NCBI GenBank assembly: GCA_951406725.2
Contig: OX597814.1
Location: forward strand, 70,432,001-70,496,000
DNA from: Octopus vulgaris
Taxonomy: Eukaryota
Reading direction: 5' to 3'
DNA length: 64,000 nt
The position numbers and the translations under genes were made by a program. Below the pieces are notes generated by a model. The model was not told where the DNA came from and ran no database searches. It saw only the letters and a program-made list of their open reading frames with translations. This document shows positions 43,018 through 55,390 of the stretch, piece after piece. Numbering within the stretch: position 1 is the first letter of the stretch; each line of letters starts with the position of its first letter.

Positions 43018-44481
43018 CATTTATTTATTTGTATGTGTGTGGGTGTGTATATATTGGTGTAAGTGTATATATTGAGTATTGTATGTATGTACATGTATGT
43101 ATGAGTGTGCATATGTGTATGGGTGAAAGTGTGTGTATATATTTGTGTATATATGTATATGGATGTATGTGAGTATGTATGTGTATACGTGTATGTATAT
43201 GTATATGTATGTATATGTGTATATGTGTATATATGTATATATATATGTATATGTATGGATATTTTCTTATATATTTATGTATACGTATGTATAGTTATAC
43301 AACAAAACTTTGATTAGTATATATAGATTTGTTATGATCACTAATTTTAGCTTATAATTATAAGGGTATGGGAAAGAAGTTTTAATATGTAGTGGGGTTA
43401 CTATATAAATTAATTTTTATGTATTTATTAATCTTATTAGATTTTTAGAATATATTAATAATAAGTGGTTTTTAATCATTTAATTTATTTTGTATTAAGT
43501 TTCATTTATCATAGTTATTTTATTAATAAATATTATAGTATAGAGAGATTTTATTCTTTATTTGTGAATTCATTCTTTTTACAATGATAAACATATAATT
43601 TTCCATTCATAATCTTTAATAAACGTAGGTTCCTCACGCGTAATGAATTCTTCAACAATTTATTCTTTTTTTTTTTGCTAATAACGTAATTCCATGAGTA
43701 TTCTTATAAACGCTGTATAAGACGTTTTTTGATTCAAAATTAGTTCATTGTGTAAACCTCGCCAAGAAAAGTATGTATCTTTTTAAGATTTTCAAATTGT
43801 AAATTTTAATATTGTATAAGCCTTTGGAGTAATAATATTCTCCTTATGTAAATATTGTTGTTTATGTAATGATCTAATTATCGTAATTTTCTATGTTATT
43901 AGATATTAAATAAATTAGATAAACTTTGATAAAATTAGATATGTTTCGACTAAAGATTGGTCTAGGCCATGTCTAATTTAATAGCATTATTTATATTAGA
44001 TAATTATTCCCATTCATAATTATATTTATAGTACTTATAGTATTTATTTAATACTATATTACTAAGAATTGAATATTTCTATAAGTATTTTACATAGGAT
44101 TTTGAAAGTCAGTTTGAGTTAGTTTATTTGTATTTTGAAATTAGCTATTTCATCTTTAAATATGAAAAATTAAATTTATTAGGTTTTCATTATATACAAT
44201 TATTTATAGAGATTATTTTAGATCTTGATTATAATAATTATATATATTTTCATTGATAATTTATATATATTAGTCATTTTAAATATTTATGTAATTAGAT
44301 ATAGACTAATATTGATATTAGATTATGGGTTTTCTACCTTATAAATTAAAGTTAATATTTAACATTATAGTCGATTTCGATATAATCATATTTAATAATA
44401 GAATTTATTATAAGTAAAATTATTATATTATATATATTATTTATATCTTAAAAATATTGATTATATTTTAGATATTTAAAC

Positions 44482-44547
44482 CACCTGATGAATGACTGCG
44501 ACTCAAAAATTTGAAGATGTTAGCAGGCATGAAACGATCGTAATGTG
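44482..44547 (+). ncRNA. Type I hammerhead motif (stem I disturbed by a 2-nt insertion)
   Basis: cac CTGATGA atgactgc...gcaggcat GAAA cgatcg TA at-gtg. Confidence 0.7.
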
Positions 44548-44706
44548 ATATTAATTATATATTTTTAATAATTTTGCTATATATTTAAATAATATAAATT
44601 AATCATATGTATTGGCTTAAGTTTTTCATTGTTTGACTTGCCTAATAGTGGTTTTGTCTCTAATTTAATATAATATATATATACATATATATATACGTAT
44701 ATATAC

Positions 44707-44802
<96 letters not shown>

Positions 44803-44803
<1 letters not shown>

Positions 44804-47800
44804 AGCAATAATAAATCTCTGAACGAGGTCTAAACAGTAACTGTACGACAATGTGAGGTATATTTGCCATCTCAATATGGCTAACCACTAAGGGTGGGTG
44901 TTACTGTAGCTTGTAGCCCCAGGAAAACATCTCCTCCAGGGGGCTATAGGCACACTTTCTGTGCCCTATCGGTATTTGCAAAGGGCAATCATCCTTCCCT
45001 GGTCAACCTAAGTGATACGCACGGACTGCAGTTTCTGGGTCCTGACCCGTCAAAAGCGTACGACAATCACCGGCTTTCGATTAATTCTTTATTATGATTA
45101 TAAAATCAGTACATAGAAGAACAATACAGGACATACATACAAAAAACAGTTAAGTGGTTCGTTTAAAAATTACCAAAATATATGGATTATTCATTATACA
45201 AAAAACTGTATTTAAATTGTCCTTTGCATTGACTAATATAACATTACATTAGATTGAAATCTTACCGATATATCTTAAACCCTGGCAACCTCTAAGGCCC
45301 CGCAGCTTTCCTTTCCTCTTCTCCATCCATAGTTAAACTGGGTTTCTGACACCCACCTTTTTCGCCACTTCCTTCCATCTTTTTTCATACACACCTCGTG
45401 GTAAGGTCTTCTTTTCCAGCCCCATTTTTCTCTTCAGATGATATCTGAAGTAAGTGAGCAAGCCGGAGCCTGAGACAAAGGATCCTATTGCGACTCCTTC
45501 CATTCTTGTACGCCACATGCATTCTTTTACTACTGCAACCGTGCAGTGAAAACATGCCTCACCTTCCTTCGAGAGTCCAGTTGGCGGTATCATCTTAATC
45601 ATAGACTCAGCCGACAGCTGTACTCGTCCCAGATGCGATAACACGTGTTCTGCGTAACTTATCAAGTCTGACAACTGCCCACAGTGTACAAAAGCGTGCT
45701 GGACAGTTTCATCGTCCAACCCGCATCGTGGACATGTCGGTGGCACTGAAATTCCGTGCCGCGATAACTTCTCGCGAACAGGTAAAGCATTCCTATAACA
45801 CTGCCAGGCCAGGGATCTTTGGAAATTATCCAAATACCCCGTCCTGAAAGTCTTTTTAAACAGGTTGGTAATCTGGTCTTCGTCGAACCCCAGAGCCCCT
45901 CCTAGGACATCGTCGTTCTCTGCCTCTACCAGCCTGCTATAAAATACCGAGGTGGTGTTTCCGCAGCCGGCCTTGCCCGCCTTGTGGATCAGCGTGAGTG
46001 CCTGTCGGCATTCCTTTTGCCATAAAGTCAGATTCCGTCTTTTGATGTAACCGGGTTTAAAATTCACTAAGGAAGCCGGTCTCGGGAAAAATTCCCCTGC
46101 CAGCGGACTCCACACCTTTTCACCCTCCAGGTGGAGCCAGAGATGCTTCAGCCTCAACGCATGTCTGCGCATCATCAACCAAGGTATTCCTAACCCACCC
46201 TTTAACGGTTCCTGGCAGCAAACGGAGCGCCTCACAAGTGGCTTTCCTCCCTTCCACAAAAAGCGGAAAAGGATTCGCTCCAACTTGCTAAGCCATGAAT
46301 CGGGGCAAGGGACAACGGTCAGGCAGTAAGTGATTACAGATGCAATGAACATTTGTACCACCTCCGCCCTTCCTTTCAAGGACAGAAACCTTCCGGACCA
46401 GGTCCGTACTATGGCCTCCACCTTGTCCGTCACCTCACTCCAATTCCTCTCCGTTTGGGAGTCTGGCCCAAACCAAACTCCTAGCAACTTAACAGGACCA
46501 TCTGTCCAGTGTCCCACGGCACTGGACGATATCGATTTGCTCCTCCATGTGCCGAGGCGTAAGCCAATCGACTTGTCCTTGTTAACTTTTGCTCCTGCCA
46601 CCGCCTCGTATCCTCTGATAGCATCTTCTACACAAGGTAGCTGAGCCTCATTGGACACGATGAGGGTGACGTCATCCGCATAAGCAGAAACCGTCCTCCC
46701 GCCTCCGATCTCATCCGGGTTACTTCCCAGCCTCTCCAACTTTCGCAGCAATGGCTCGAGAGCCAACACGTACAAAAGTGGTGACAAGGGGCACCCTTGA
46801 CGAACTGAACATTCGATCGAAAACGGTTCCGTTAGGTAACCGTTTATCTGGACGGTGGACTTGATGCCGCTATACATAGCGGAGATCCATCCGCGAAATT
46901 CAGGGCCCAGTCCAGCCGCTTCGAGGACCGTCGCCAGGTACTTATGGTCTACCCTATCGAACGCTTTACTTTGGTCTAAATGGACCATTACCCCGCCCTT
47001 GCCGGTTAATTCACCCACCCTATCTAAGGTGTAGCGTATAAGGTGAAGATTGTCCTGGATCGACCTGCCTGGAATTGCACATGTCTGTGCTTTCCCTACA
47101 AGTTTCTCCACGACAGTCGTCAACCTTTTTGCCAACACCTTGGCCAAAATCTTTAACTCTACATTAAGTAGAGTTATGGGCCTGTAATTACTAATGTTAT
47201 CCCCCTTGCTCGGGTCTTTCTGGATTAGCGTCACTACTCCCCGGCTTACAGAACTGGGAATTCTCCCGTTCTGCTGCCAGTTCGCGTAGACGCCTGCCAG
47301 TATTCCCCCGAACAAGTCCGGCATACTTTGATAAAACTCGTAGGGCAGACCATCCAACCCCGGCGACTTCTCCCCGGCGCATCCGGCCAGTACCCCCTCT
47401 ATCTCCGCGGGAGTGATCGCTCCTTCACAGCACTCCACCTCACGCCCCGAGAGCCGTGGTCCGCCGGCTAGGAAGTCCTTTAAGGCCCTCCCCCGCTCCA
47501 GCGAACCACCACCCCCGAACGCGCGGGTGAAATGCTGGTGAAGAAACTTTTGCATCTCCTCCTGTCCATAGATCTTGTGTCCCTGTTCGTCAGTTAAAGA
47601 CTTGATTGAAGCTTTGTTACCTCTCTGACTCTCCACTCGACGGGCCCATCCGGCAACGTTGATACCTTCTCGTTTCCCTGCGCGTAGCTTAGCTCTAACT
47701 CTGCAACCTTCGTGTTAGGAGTTAAGGTGACGGTACAATACCGTCCTTGCCGCCATCACTCCGGATGCAGAGCCAGATTCCATTGCCTCGTTTAGATGCT

Positions 47801-50505
47801 TAATTAAATCGTCCTCTATCCTAGACCTATCTAACCTTAGCTGATTGCTAAATCTAATGGACTCTGAACGAATGGCTCTTTTGAGGGAGTGCCACCATCT
47901 ATTGTTAATGATGGTGCCACATAATGCCCTCTGTACTAACACCTTAATCCGGGTACGGAAGTCTTCACAATTCAAAATAGATTTGTTCAGCTTCCAGTAC
48001 CCGGGTCTCTGTCTATGACACTTATCTAATTGCACCCTACAAGTTACAAATTTGTGATCCGTGTAAGGCACAATGTGAAACTGTGGACAACTAAACGTTT
48101 CCTTATCTCTTTTCCTAACGAATATCCTATCTATATACGATCTGCGTGAGCCGTCGTTGTTACTCCACGTCCACTGTGGAACGCTCGGCTCATCCAGTCG
48201 ATAACGGTCTACTAGATTAAAGCTCTCTAGTAGACCCTTGAGGCTAGGGTTCCCCTTCCTATTGGTTGAGCCAACACTGTCGACCCGCGCTTCGAGGACA
48301 GTGTTAACGTCCCCTACTAAGACTACCGTTTTCGACGTCACTAAAAAGTGCTCCAGATTCCGAAAAAAACCCGACTGCCTACACTCCTTCGGAGCGTAGA
48401 CAGCTACCAACCTGAAGGACTGTTTACTTACGTGGGTCACATCCAGAACACCAGCCTGCCTTCTGGGTCCAGAAAGACAATACTTACCTGCAAGTCCAAG
48501 CTCTTCCTGATAAGGACTGCCACGCCCCTTCCTCCTTCTCGGCTAGGAGAAATAAATTTCTCGAAACCATTTAGAAGAGGCGAGAACGCTTGGGCCCCGT
48601 TCATCTTGGACTCGGTTACAATAGCTACGTCCACTCCGTGTGACGTGAGGTCGTTCAGGAGACAAATTTGTTTCCACTTCGACCCCATTCCACACACATT
48701 CACACAACCCAGCTTTGCCATTGTCGGAGAGAGAGAAAAAAAATAAACTTACGGTTGGGACAGGGAGCATGACAGTTTAAATCTGTATGCTTCCCCTTCT
48801 TCCTTCCTTGTGGTCGTAGCTGCAGGGCTCTTAACCGGCATTGCCATCGGGCTCTGGGTAGGTGTGGTTGCCGGGGTTATAGTAAGTTTGCCCTCCAGTA
48901 TTTCGTTAGTTACGTCTCTGATAAGGTTATTTTTTAAATGTTCTTGGAGTGTTTTTTCCTTCCACTCGTCTTCCTTTATTTTTGCAAAACGAGTGGTCGA
49001 CTTAGTGTCTGCAGACTTACTGAATAATTTCAGTTTTGAAAATTTTAAATACTTAAACACTCTATCGTTCCTCTCGTCGAATGCTACAATCTTTTCATTT
49101 TTTTTAATCAATTTTTTCCAATCTTGTTTTATGGGGAGGGGCTTGGCGAACTGTGTTCCAATGAATACAGTGCCATGGGGGTAGGGCTGGGGAATTTGTT
49201 TTGTATGTATCTCTGCGGTGTTTGCTGATTTTTTCTTTGTTTGGGGAGGGGAGTCCAAGGTATTTTCTTTTTTTCTTTTGTGTGTCACCTGTGTAAATTC
49301 CATTTGTTCATTTCTATCTTCCGTTTCGATTCCCTTCCTTGTCGCAGTCTTGGGGTCTTTTTCCGCCTTTTCTTTTTCTGTGTTTGAAGCACTTTGAGGA
49401 GGGGCTTCGCTGTTTTTTCTTTTTTTTTATGCAGTTCGAGCGGACATAACCTTTTTAACCACATTTGAAACACCTAGGTCTGCGCCCCTCCACTGACACT
49501 CTCATTGAAATTCCCTCCTCAATAAATACCCTATCGGGTAAGTTTTCTAGCACGTTATTTTCTGCTTGAACGAGGAGTTCGAGCGCTTGTCCCTTCCAGT
49601 TTACCTCCTCTTTCCTTTTCATCTGCAGAATTGAGACTTACTGCTCTACGTCGTGCAGAACCGCCGCTGCTACCCACATTATATCATATCCTCTTGGTAT
49701 GTCTTCCACATATAGTTTCGCAGTTCTTTTTCCCATATAGGTAGGTAGTAACATGATGTCCTCACTTTTTAAGGTCATCGATGAAATCTCTCTTGCCACA
49801 TCAGCCGAGTCGAAATGTGCTTCAACGGTAGCGCTGCGGGCACCTCGACCGACGTAGCGAATTTTGCTCCACACCGGGGACAAGCACTTCTCTACTATTT
49901 CGTTCTTCACGTCCATTATTTTTTTCTCTTTGTTACTGTAAACCTTGTACACGACTGTCTTGGCCTTTATTTCCTGTAATATCGCTTGCGGCGGTACCAG
50001 TTTTATTTCGTTGCCTTGCTTTTTGACCAAGTTCCGGTATTCGAACAACTGTTCTATTTTGAATTCCACTTCCGTTACGGTTCCGCCCACTGCGGCCGAA
50101 AAATACTATTTTCTAACCTCGATATCCTTCTGTTCGCCTTTTCCCATCACGGGAAAGTCGCTCCTCGACGCCAAGTCGAACTCCATTTCTCAAATTATGA
50201 GAACCAATTTTTAAATAAAAATTACCCCGAAGGTAATAACAATGTTTATACACAGAATTTTCAGCCCTGTAGGGCGAAAATTACTGTCACACAACGGACA
50301 ACTGTTCAAATTCACGAGCAAACACAAACAACGACGAACAAAAAACGAACTCACTCAACAAAATAGGCAGCTAACTTCTCAATACGCAGATAAAAGAGGG
50401 GTCCCTAGACGAGTGACAAAACACCGGTTTTCGATAAATGGAGTTCCCAATGCAAATATTAACATCCTTTTTCCAGTAACTTTTCGTCACTGATCTTGAA
50501 AAAGT
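44803..50505 (-). mobile_element. Near full-length Tx1/L1-clade LINE, inactivated
   Basis: ORF1 pieces 50090-48749 with damaged knuckle CFKCG*KGYVRSNC; APE pieces (AIVTESK, AVYAP, VGDVN, SYIDRIF, YTDH) 48721-47715; RT ORF follows. Confidence 0.9.
45333..47636 (-). pseudogene. Tx1-type RT and C-terminal zinc-binding domain (767 aa of ORF2)
   Basis: [56 protein letters not shown]...ETVQHAFVHC. Confidence 0.92.
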
Positions 50506-50511
50506 GTATAC

Positions 50512-50680
50512 AAGCAATAATAAATCTCTGAACGAGGTATAAACAGTAACTGCACGACAATGGGAGGTATACTTGTCATCTCAATATGGCTAACCACTAA
50601 GGGTGGGTGTTACTGTAGCTTGTAGCCCCAGAGGAACATCTCCTCCAGCTGGCTATAGGCACACTTTCTGTGTGCCTATA
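50512..50680 (-). repeat. Diverged direct copy of the Tx1 3' terminus (44803-44970)
   Basis: aagcaataataaatctctgaacgagg...gctataggcacactttctgtg at both sites. Confidence 0.9.
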
Positions 50681-50689
50681 CAGACTTTC

Positions 50690-53600
50690 TGTGGCAAGTC
50701 TGTAATTTATCTGCAGCCAAATGTAAGAAGAAAAAAAATTCTTCTCTTTTCTTTTTTGAAAGAAAACTTGTTCGTACAAGCACGAGGATTTGGATTGTAC
50801 CATTAGCGATAAGTATCGTTTTCATTTGTTTGTTTATTTTCCTTTAATGTAAGGCAACATCTGAGTTACCAGTTACAATGCCATCTTTGTTTACATTCTG
50901 AGAATAACTTTCTTTCAATTTCTGTTTCAGCGTCCACTTCACTTTCAATCTATCTTTCAATTTATCTCTATAAAACTAATGTTTAAAAATTCTTTTCATT
51001 TGTTTATTTTCCTGTGGTTTAAGTTAACATCTGAGTTATAACTGAGTTAGAAATATAAGCGTAATTAGTTTAGAATTATATATCTCTTTCTTTTCCCTAC
51101 CTCTTCATATCTACCTCTCTCCCTTCCTTTATCTCTCTTTACGCTTACTCTTTCCCTCTCTTTTGCATATCATACTCTTTTTCTCATCTCTCTCATTCCC
51201 TTTCATATCCTCCTCTTTTCTCATTTCTCTTTCCTTTCCATCTTACATCTACCTCTCCTCTCATCACCTCACCCTCTCTCTCTCATATACTTCTCATTTG
51301 CCCATTCTTCTCAATCCGTCTCTCCCTCTCCCTCACATCCTTCATCCTGTCTCTCCTTCACTCTGTCTCTCTCTTTCTCTTGCTATCCTCTCCCTCCCTC
51401 TGTTTCTCTTTCTCTTCCCCTCCTCTCCTTCACTCTGCCTCTCACTCTCTCTCTCTCTTCCCCTCTTCTTCACTCTGCCTCTCTTTCTATTCCCCTCCTC
51501 ACTCTTACGTTGTCTGTCTTTCTCTCCCCCTCCTCTACCTTCCTCTATCTCTTTAACACGCCACACCCCCTTGCTTTCCTCCTATCACCCTCTCTATTTC
51601 TTTCATAGTACCTCTCTCTTTCCTTCATATCTCCCTCTCTCTTTCCCCATTCCCCCCTCTGTTTTTCTCCGTCTCTACCTCTCTCTATCTCTCATTACTT
51701 CTCTAGCTTCAACTCCCCCTCTGGGCTTCAAAAACGAAGATGGCACCAAAGTGGAAAAAGAAAGAGTTAAATCTTCTGCTAAGAGCATGGACGATTGCTA
51801 GTGGCGATCCGCCAAACATCATCACTGCTGCGCTAAAGAACAATGGCTTTCATAGAACCATTGACCTGATAGAGCGGAAGAAAAGTGAATTTATCCAGTC
51901 TTACATACTTATAAGACCACACATCAAAACATTGAATAACATAATTGAAAATTATTGTGGCAAGGCTAATGAGGACGAAGCGGATGAAAAAGAAAAAGAA
52001 CCCAGAAGTCTCTGTAATCCAGAGGTTCCTCAAGAAAATGGATCACCTACCCCAGTGAACGACCAGGCAGAGAAGGATAGGGAAGCCAAGGGAGCAGAAA
52101 CTGGAAGCACCCCTGTACCAGTGGCCCTACAAAGAAATTAGAAATTAGAAAAACAGAAGGAAAAAGGAAGGATGGAAAACAAAAATAAGGAGGGAAAGGA
52201 AGGAAAAGGCAAAACAACCAAAGCTGAAACCCCAACCCACCACACAAACAGCAGAGAACCCCATGGAGGATCCAATGCCACCCAGTACACTTTAGGAAAG
52301 AAGAAATCTGGAAGGCACCGAAGAACCTGTAAATTCTACCTGCAGGGCAAATGTTGGGATGGGGAGGACGGCAAAAACTGCCGGTTCGCCCACCCGACAC
52401 ACCGCCGGAACTTCAGAGGACTCAAAGAGGAAAACTTTACTGAGGGAAGACAAGAAATGTCTCCCAGGAAAACATCCAGAAAAGGAGTGTGCTTCTCATA
52501 TGTTCCGCGCAACACAGCAGCTGAGCAAGAGTCTTTTTTGTGCATGGCACAAAGGATTGTCCAGCAGCTCACCTGGACACACCAAGCACAGAGAAGGAAC
52601 CCTGCCCACCGCTATGCAAGACCACCACAGTCAACAGACACGGGATGGCCCCACCTAACGCCTGCACAGCCGTCACCCCAATACTTTTACTAAATATTGG
52701 GGGCCTGTTGCATCAAAATAGAAACAAAATTTCTTTCCTGAGAGATCTTACTACATGCAATCAAGCCCTATGCATAGCACTCGTGGAAACTCACCTCAGC
52801 CCTGATATAGAGGACACAGAAGTACACGTACCAAACTATGTCATGCTGCAAACAGACAGAAGGGAAAGGAGCCATGGTGGAGTTGCTGTATACATCCGAG
52901 GTGACCTCACACCCCAGGTCTTACTGACATACTCAAATTCGGTATGTGACACTTTAATTGTATACATACGACAACATAATATAGTCATATACAATACATA
53001 TTGCCCACCGGATGCCCCAAATCACATAGGCAAGTTTGAAGATTGCCTCACAAGAATTAAAGAAATCCTCATGAATCTGGAACACCACGTGACCATATTT
53101 CTTATAAGTGATTTCGACTTCCCCAACGTCAAATGGCCCGAAGGTCACATACTCTCAGGAATGAATCATTGCAAGCAAGTACAGGTGGAGTCCCTGCTCA
53201 ACCTCACCAATGCCTTATTCATGGAGCAAGTTGTACTCAAACCAACTAGGGCGAATAACATTCTGTATCTCTGCTTAATGAACAATATGGACATCATTCA
53301 TGATGTGAAAGTGACACCGACATTAGTCTCGGATCACAACATAATAGAGCTGTCTATGTTTGGGCTGAAAGTAACCAGAGACATACAGCCTAAAGGAAGC
53401 ACCCGAAATCTCTCCAATCTGAACTTCCACAAAGCAGATTGGAAATCGATCCAAAAAGAGATCCTCAGAGAGGTCTGGCCGGAATGTCTCTCCACACCAG
53501 ACATTGACATGAAACTAGAATGTTTCATGTCTTCTGTGCAAGCCGTATGCCAGAAATAAATTCCAGAGCACAAGGCCAAAACAAATAGGAGCAAGATTCC

Positions 53601-54820
53601 AAGAGACAGGAAGATCCTCATGAGACGACGGACGAAGGTTGCAAATCGCGTCAACCAACATCCCAAAAGTAGCGAAACGTCCCGCCTAAAAACAACACTG
53701 ATGGAGATCGAAAAAAGGCTGCACCTCTATGAACACACAAATAGTGAGCGGTGTTCCACAGGGCACTGTCTTGGGCCCACTGCTTTTTATAGTGGCCCTC
53801 TCAGATATGCCCTCAAATGCCCGGATAGCCACTCTGGCCAGCTATGCAGACGATACGAAAGTCTCGCAGAAAATACAGAACCCCAGTGATGTTACACACC
53901 TGCAGCAGGAGTTGGACTCAATCTATAGATGGGCTGAGGATAATAATATGCAGTTTAATGCTGAAAAATTCCAGGCCCTGCACTACCAGCATCCAAAACT
54001 GAATATTAAACTTACAGGATACACCGGTCCACAGGGAATTTCAATCCCAGAGCCTAAATCTGTGGGGAACCTGGGTATCGACATGAGTGATGATACCTCT
54101 TTCCAAGTGCACTTTACCAGGATGGCGACAAAATGCAGACGACTGGCTGGGTGGATCCTAAGAATATTCAAAAGCAGAGATAAGAAAACCATGATGGTCC
54201 TCTGGCGGACATTCGTCCTCAGTCGCCTGGATTACTGCTCACAGCTATGGTCACCCACCAATGTAAAATTAACAGCGGACCTTGAAGCAATCACAAAGAT
54301 TCACAAAGAAGATCGTCTTTTTGCAACAGCTCAGCTACTGGGAAAGGTTGAAACAGCTAATACTCTACTCCCTGGAGAGAAGACGGGAGAGGTATGCAGT
54401 GATATATGTCTGGAAGATCCTGGAAGGAATTGTGCCAAATTTTGGCATTGTAAGCTACACTAATGCTAGAACGTAACGACACTGCATAGTGCCAAAGATC
54501 CCAGCAATGCCATCACGCTTCAGGACCAGCTTCTGCAACAGCCTGGGTTTCAAGGGCCCACAGTTTTTTAATATTCTCCCAAAGAGTCTGAGGAACTTGC
54601 ACAAAGTAGATGTAGCAGTTTTTAAATCAAAGCTGGACATCTTCCTGTCAAGAGTCCCAGATGAACCTACCTCACGGCAAGAGGTGCAAATGAGAGTAGC
54701 TATATCAAACTCCATTCTTCACTGAGTGCCACATATTAGACGAGGTTCGTCGTAATAACAGTGTAGCACAAAACGGCGGTGCATCAGCATGGCCGCAGCT
54801 CTGAGCTGAAACTAGAAAAA
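50690..54820 (+). mobile_element. CR1-group LINE (family B): CT-rich leader, ORF1, APE, internally deleted RT, 3' tail
   Basis: ORF1 51740-52693; APE motifs LNIGGL, ALVETHL, DRRERSHGGVAVY, VSDHNII; jumps at ~53722 to SGVPQG. The 5' boundary is uncertain. Confidence 0.88.
51740..52693 (+). pseudogene. LINE ORF1 with Myb/SANT-like N-terminus and CCCH zinc finger (one in-frame stop at 52139)
   Basis: KWKKKELNLLLRAW...LKNNGFHRTIDLIERK; CKFYLQGKCWDGEDGKNCRFAH. Confidence 0.7.
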
Positions 54821-54834
54821 AATATATATATATA

Positions 54835-54928
<94 letters not shown>

Positions 54929-54966
54929 CCTCTGTCTTCCCTTCTCGGGATCTTTCCTTCTCTTTT

Positions 54967-55001
54967 GTTTCCGACGAAGAGCTCGGCTCAAAACGTTAAA
55001 C
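54967..55001 (+). ncRNA. Minimal hammerhead in 5' pLTR (GAAA mutated to AAAA)
   Basis: gttt CCGACGAA gagc-tcg-gctc AAAA cg TT aaac. Confidence 0.55.
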
Positions 55002-55390
55002 CCTCCTTCCCTTCTTTCCTGAGCGTCAAATAATACTTTAATTGTTCCACGTCCTCGCGTTGCTGTGTTTTTTTTCTGTGTTTTCTTGTTTGGATTAACT
55101 TTATATACCGCACGCTCACACGGATACCGAGCGCCTTGGATACCAATTCCTGGATTTTTACACCTACGGATTACTGTTACCATCCTTCCGGAGTACGCCA
55201 CTGAAATCGTGATTGGAAATCAAAAGAATCTGTCCGTGACTCTTATTTAACTTTCCCCTGAACTTTTTCCTGAACTTTTTCCTGAACTTATCTTCCCGTC
55301 TTTTCCTTCTTTACCTTTCTTCTTCCACCTCCATTCTTCCACTTGTGTCACCACCACTTACACATACATACACATTCACCACTTCCCAAC

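Larger units (their letters stand above)
41600..44672 (+). mobile_element. 5'-truncated PLE: GIY-YIG ORF 41689-42207 plus ~2.4-kb 3' region
   Basis: VVYKC...[14 protein letters not shown]...TGLSKYIW...CYLCSNE...KCRH; hammerhead near the 3' end. Confidence 0.85.

Noticed and set aside
35903-44672. One composite transposon with 2.3-kb TIRs carrying a LINE
   Set aside because: The arms are visibly diverged with large indels and the left copy has its own short fold-back arm; two separate insertions are simpler.
51163-51801. 212-aa Leu/Ser/Pro/Phe-rich ORF
   Set aside because: Product of a CT-rich low-complexity leader upstream of LINE ORF1.
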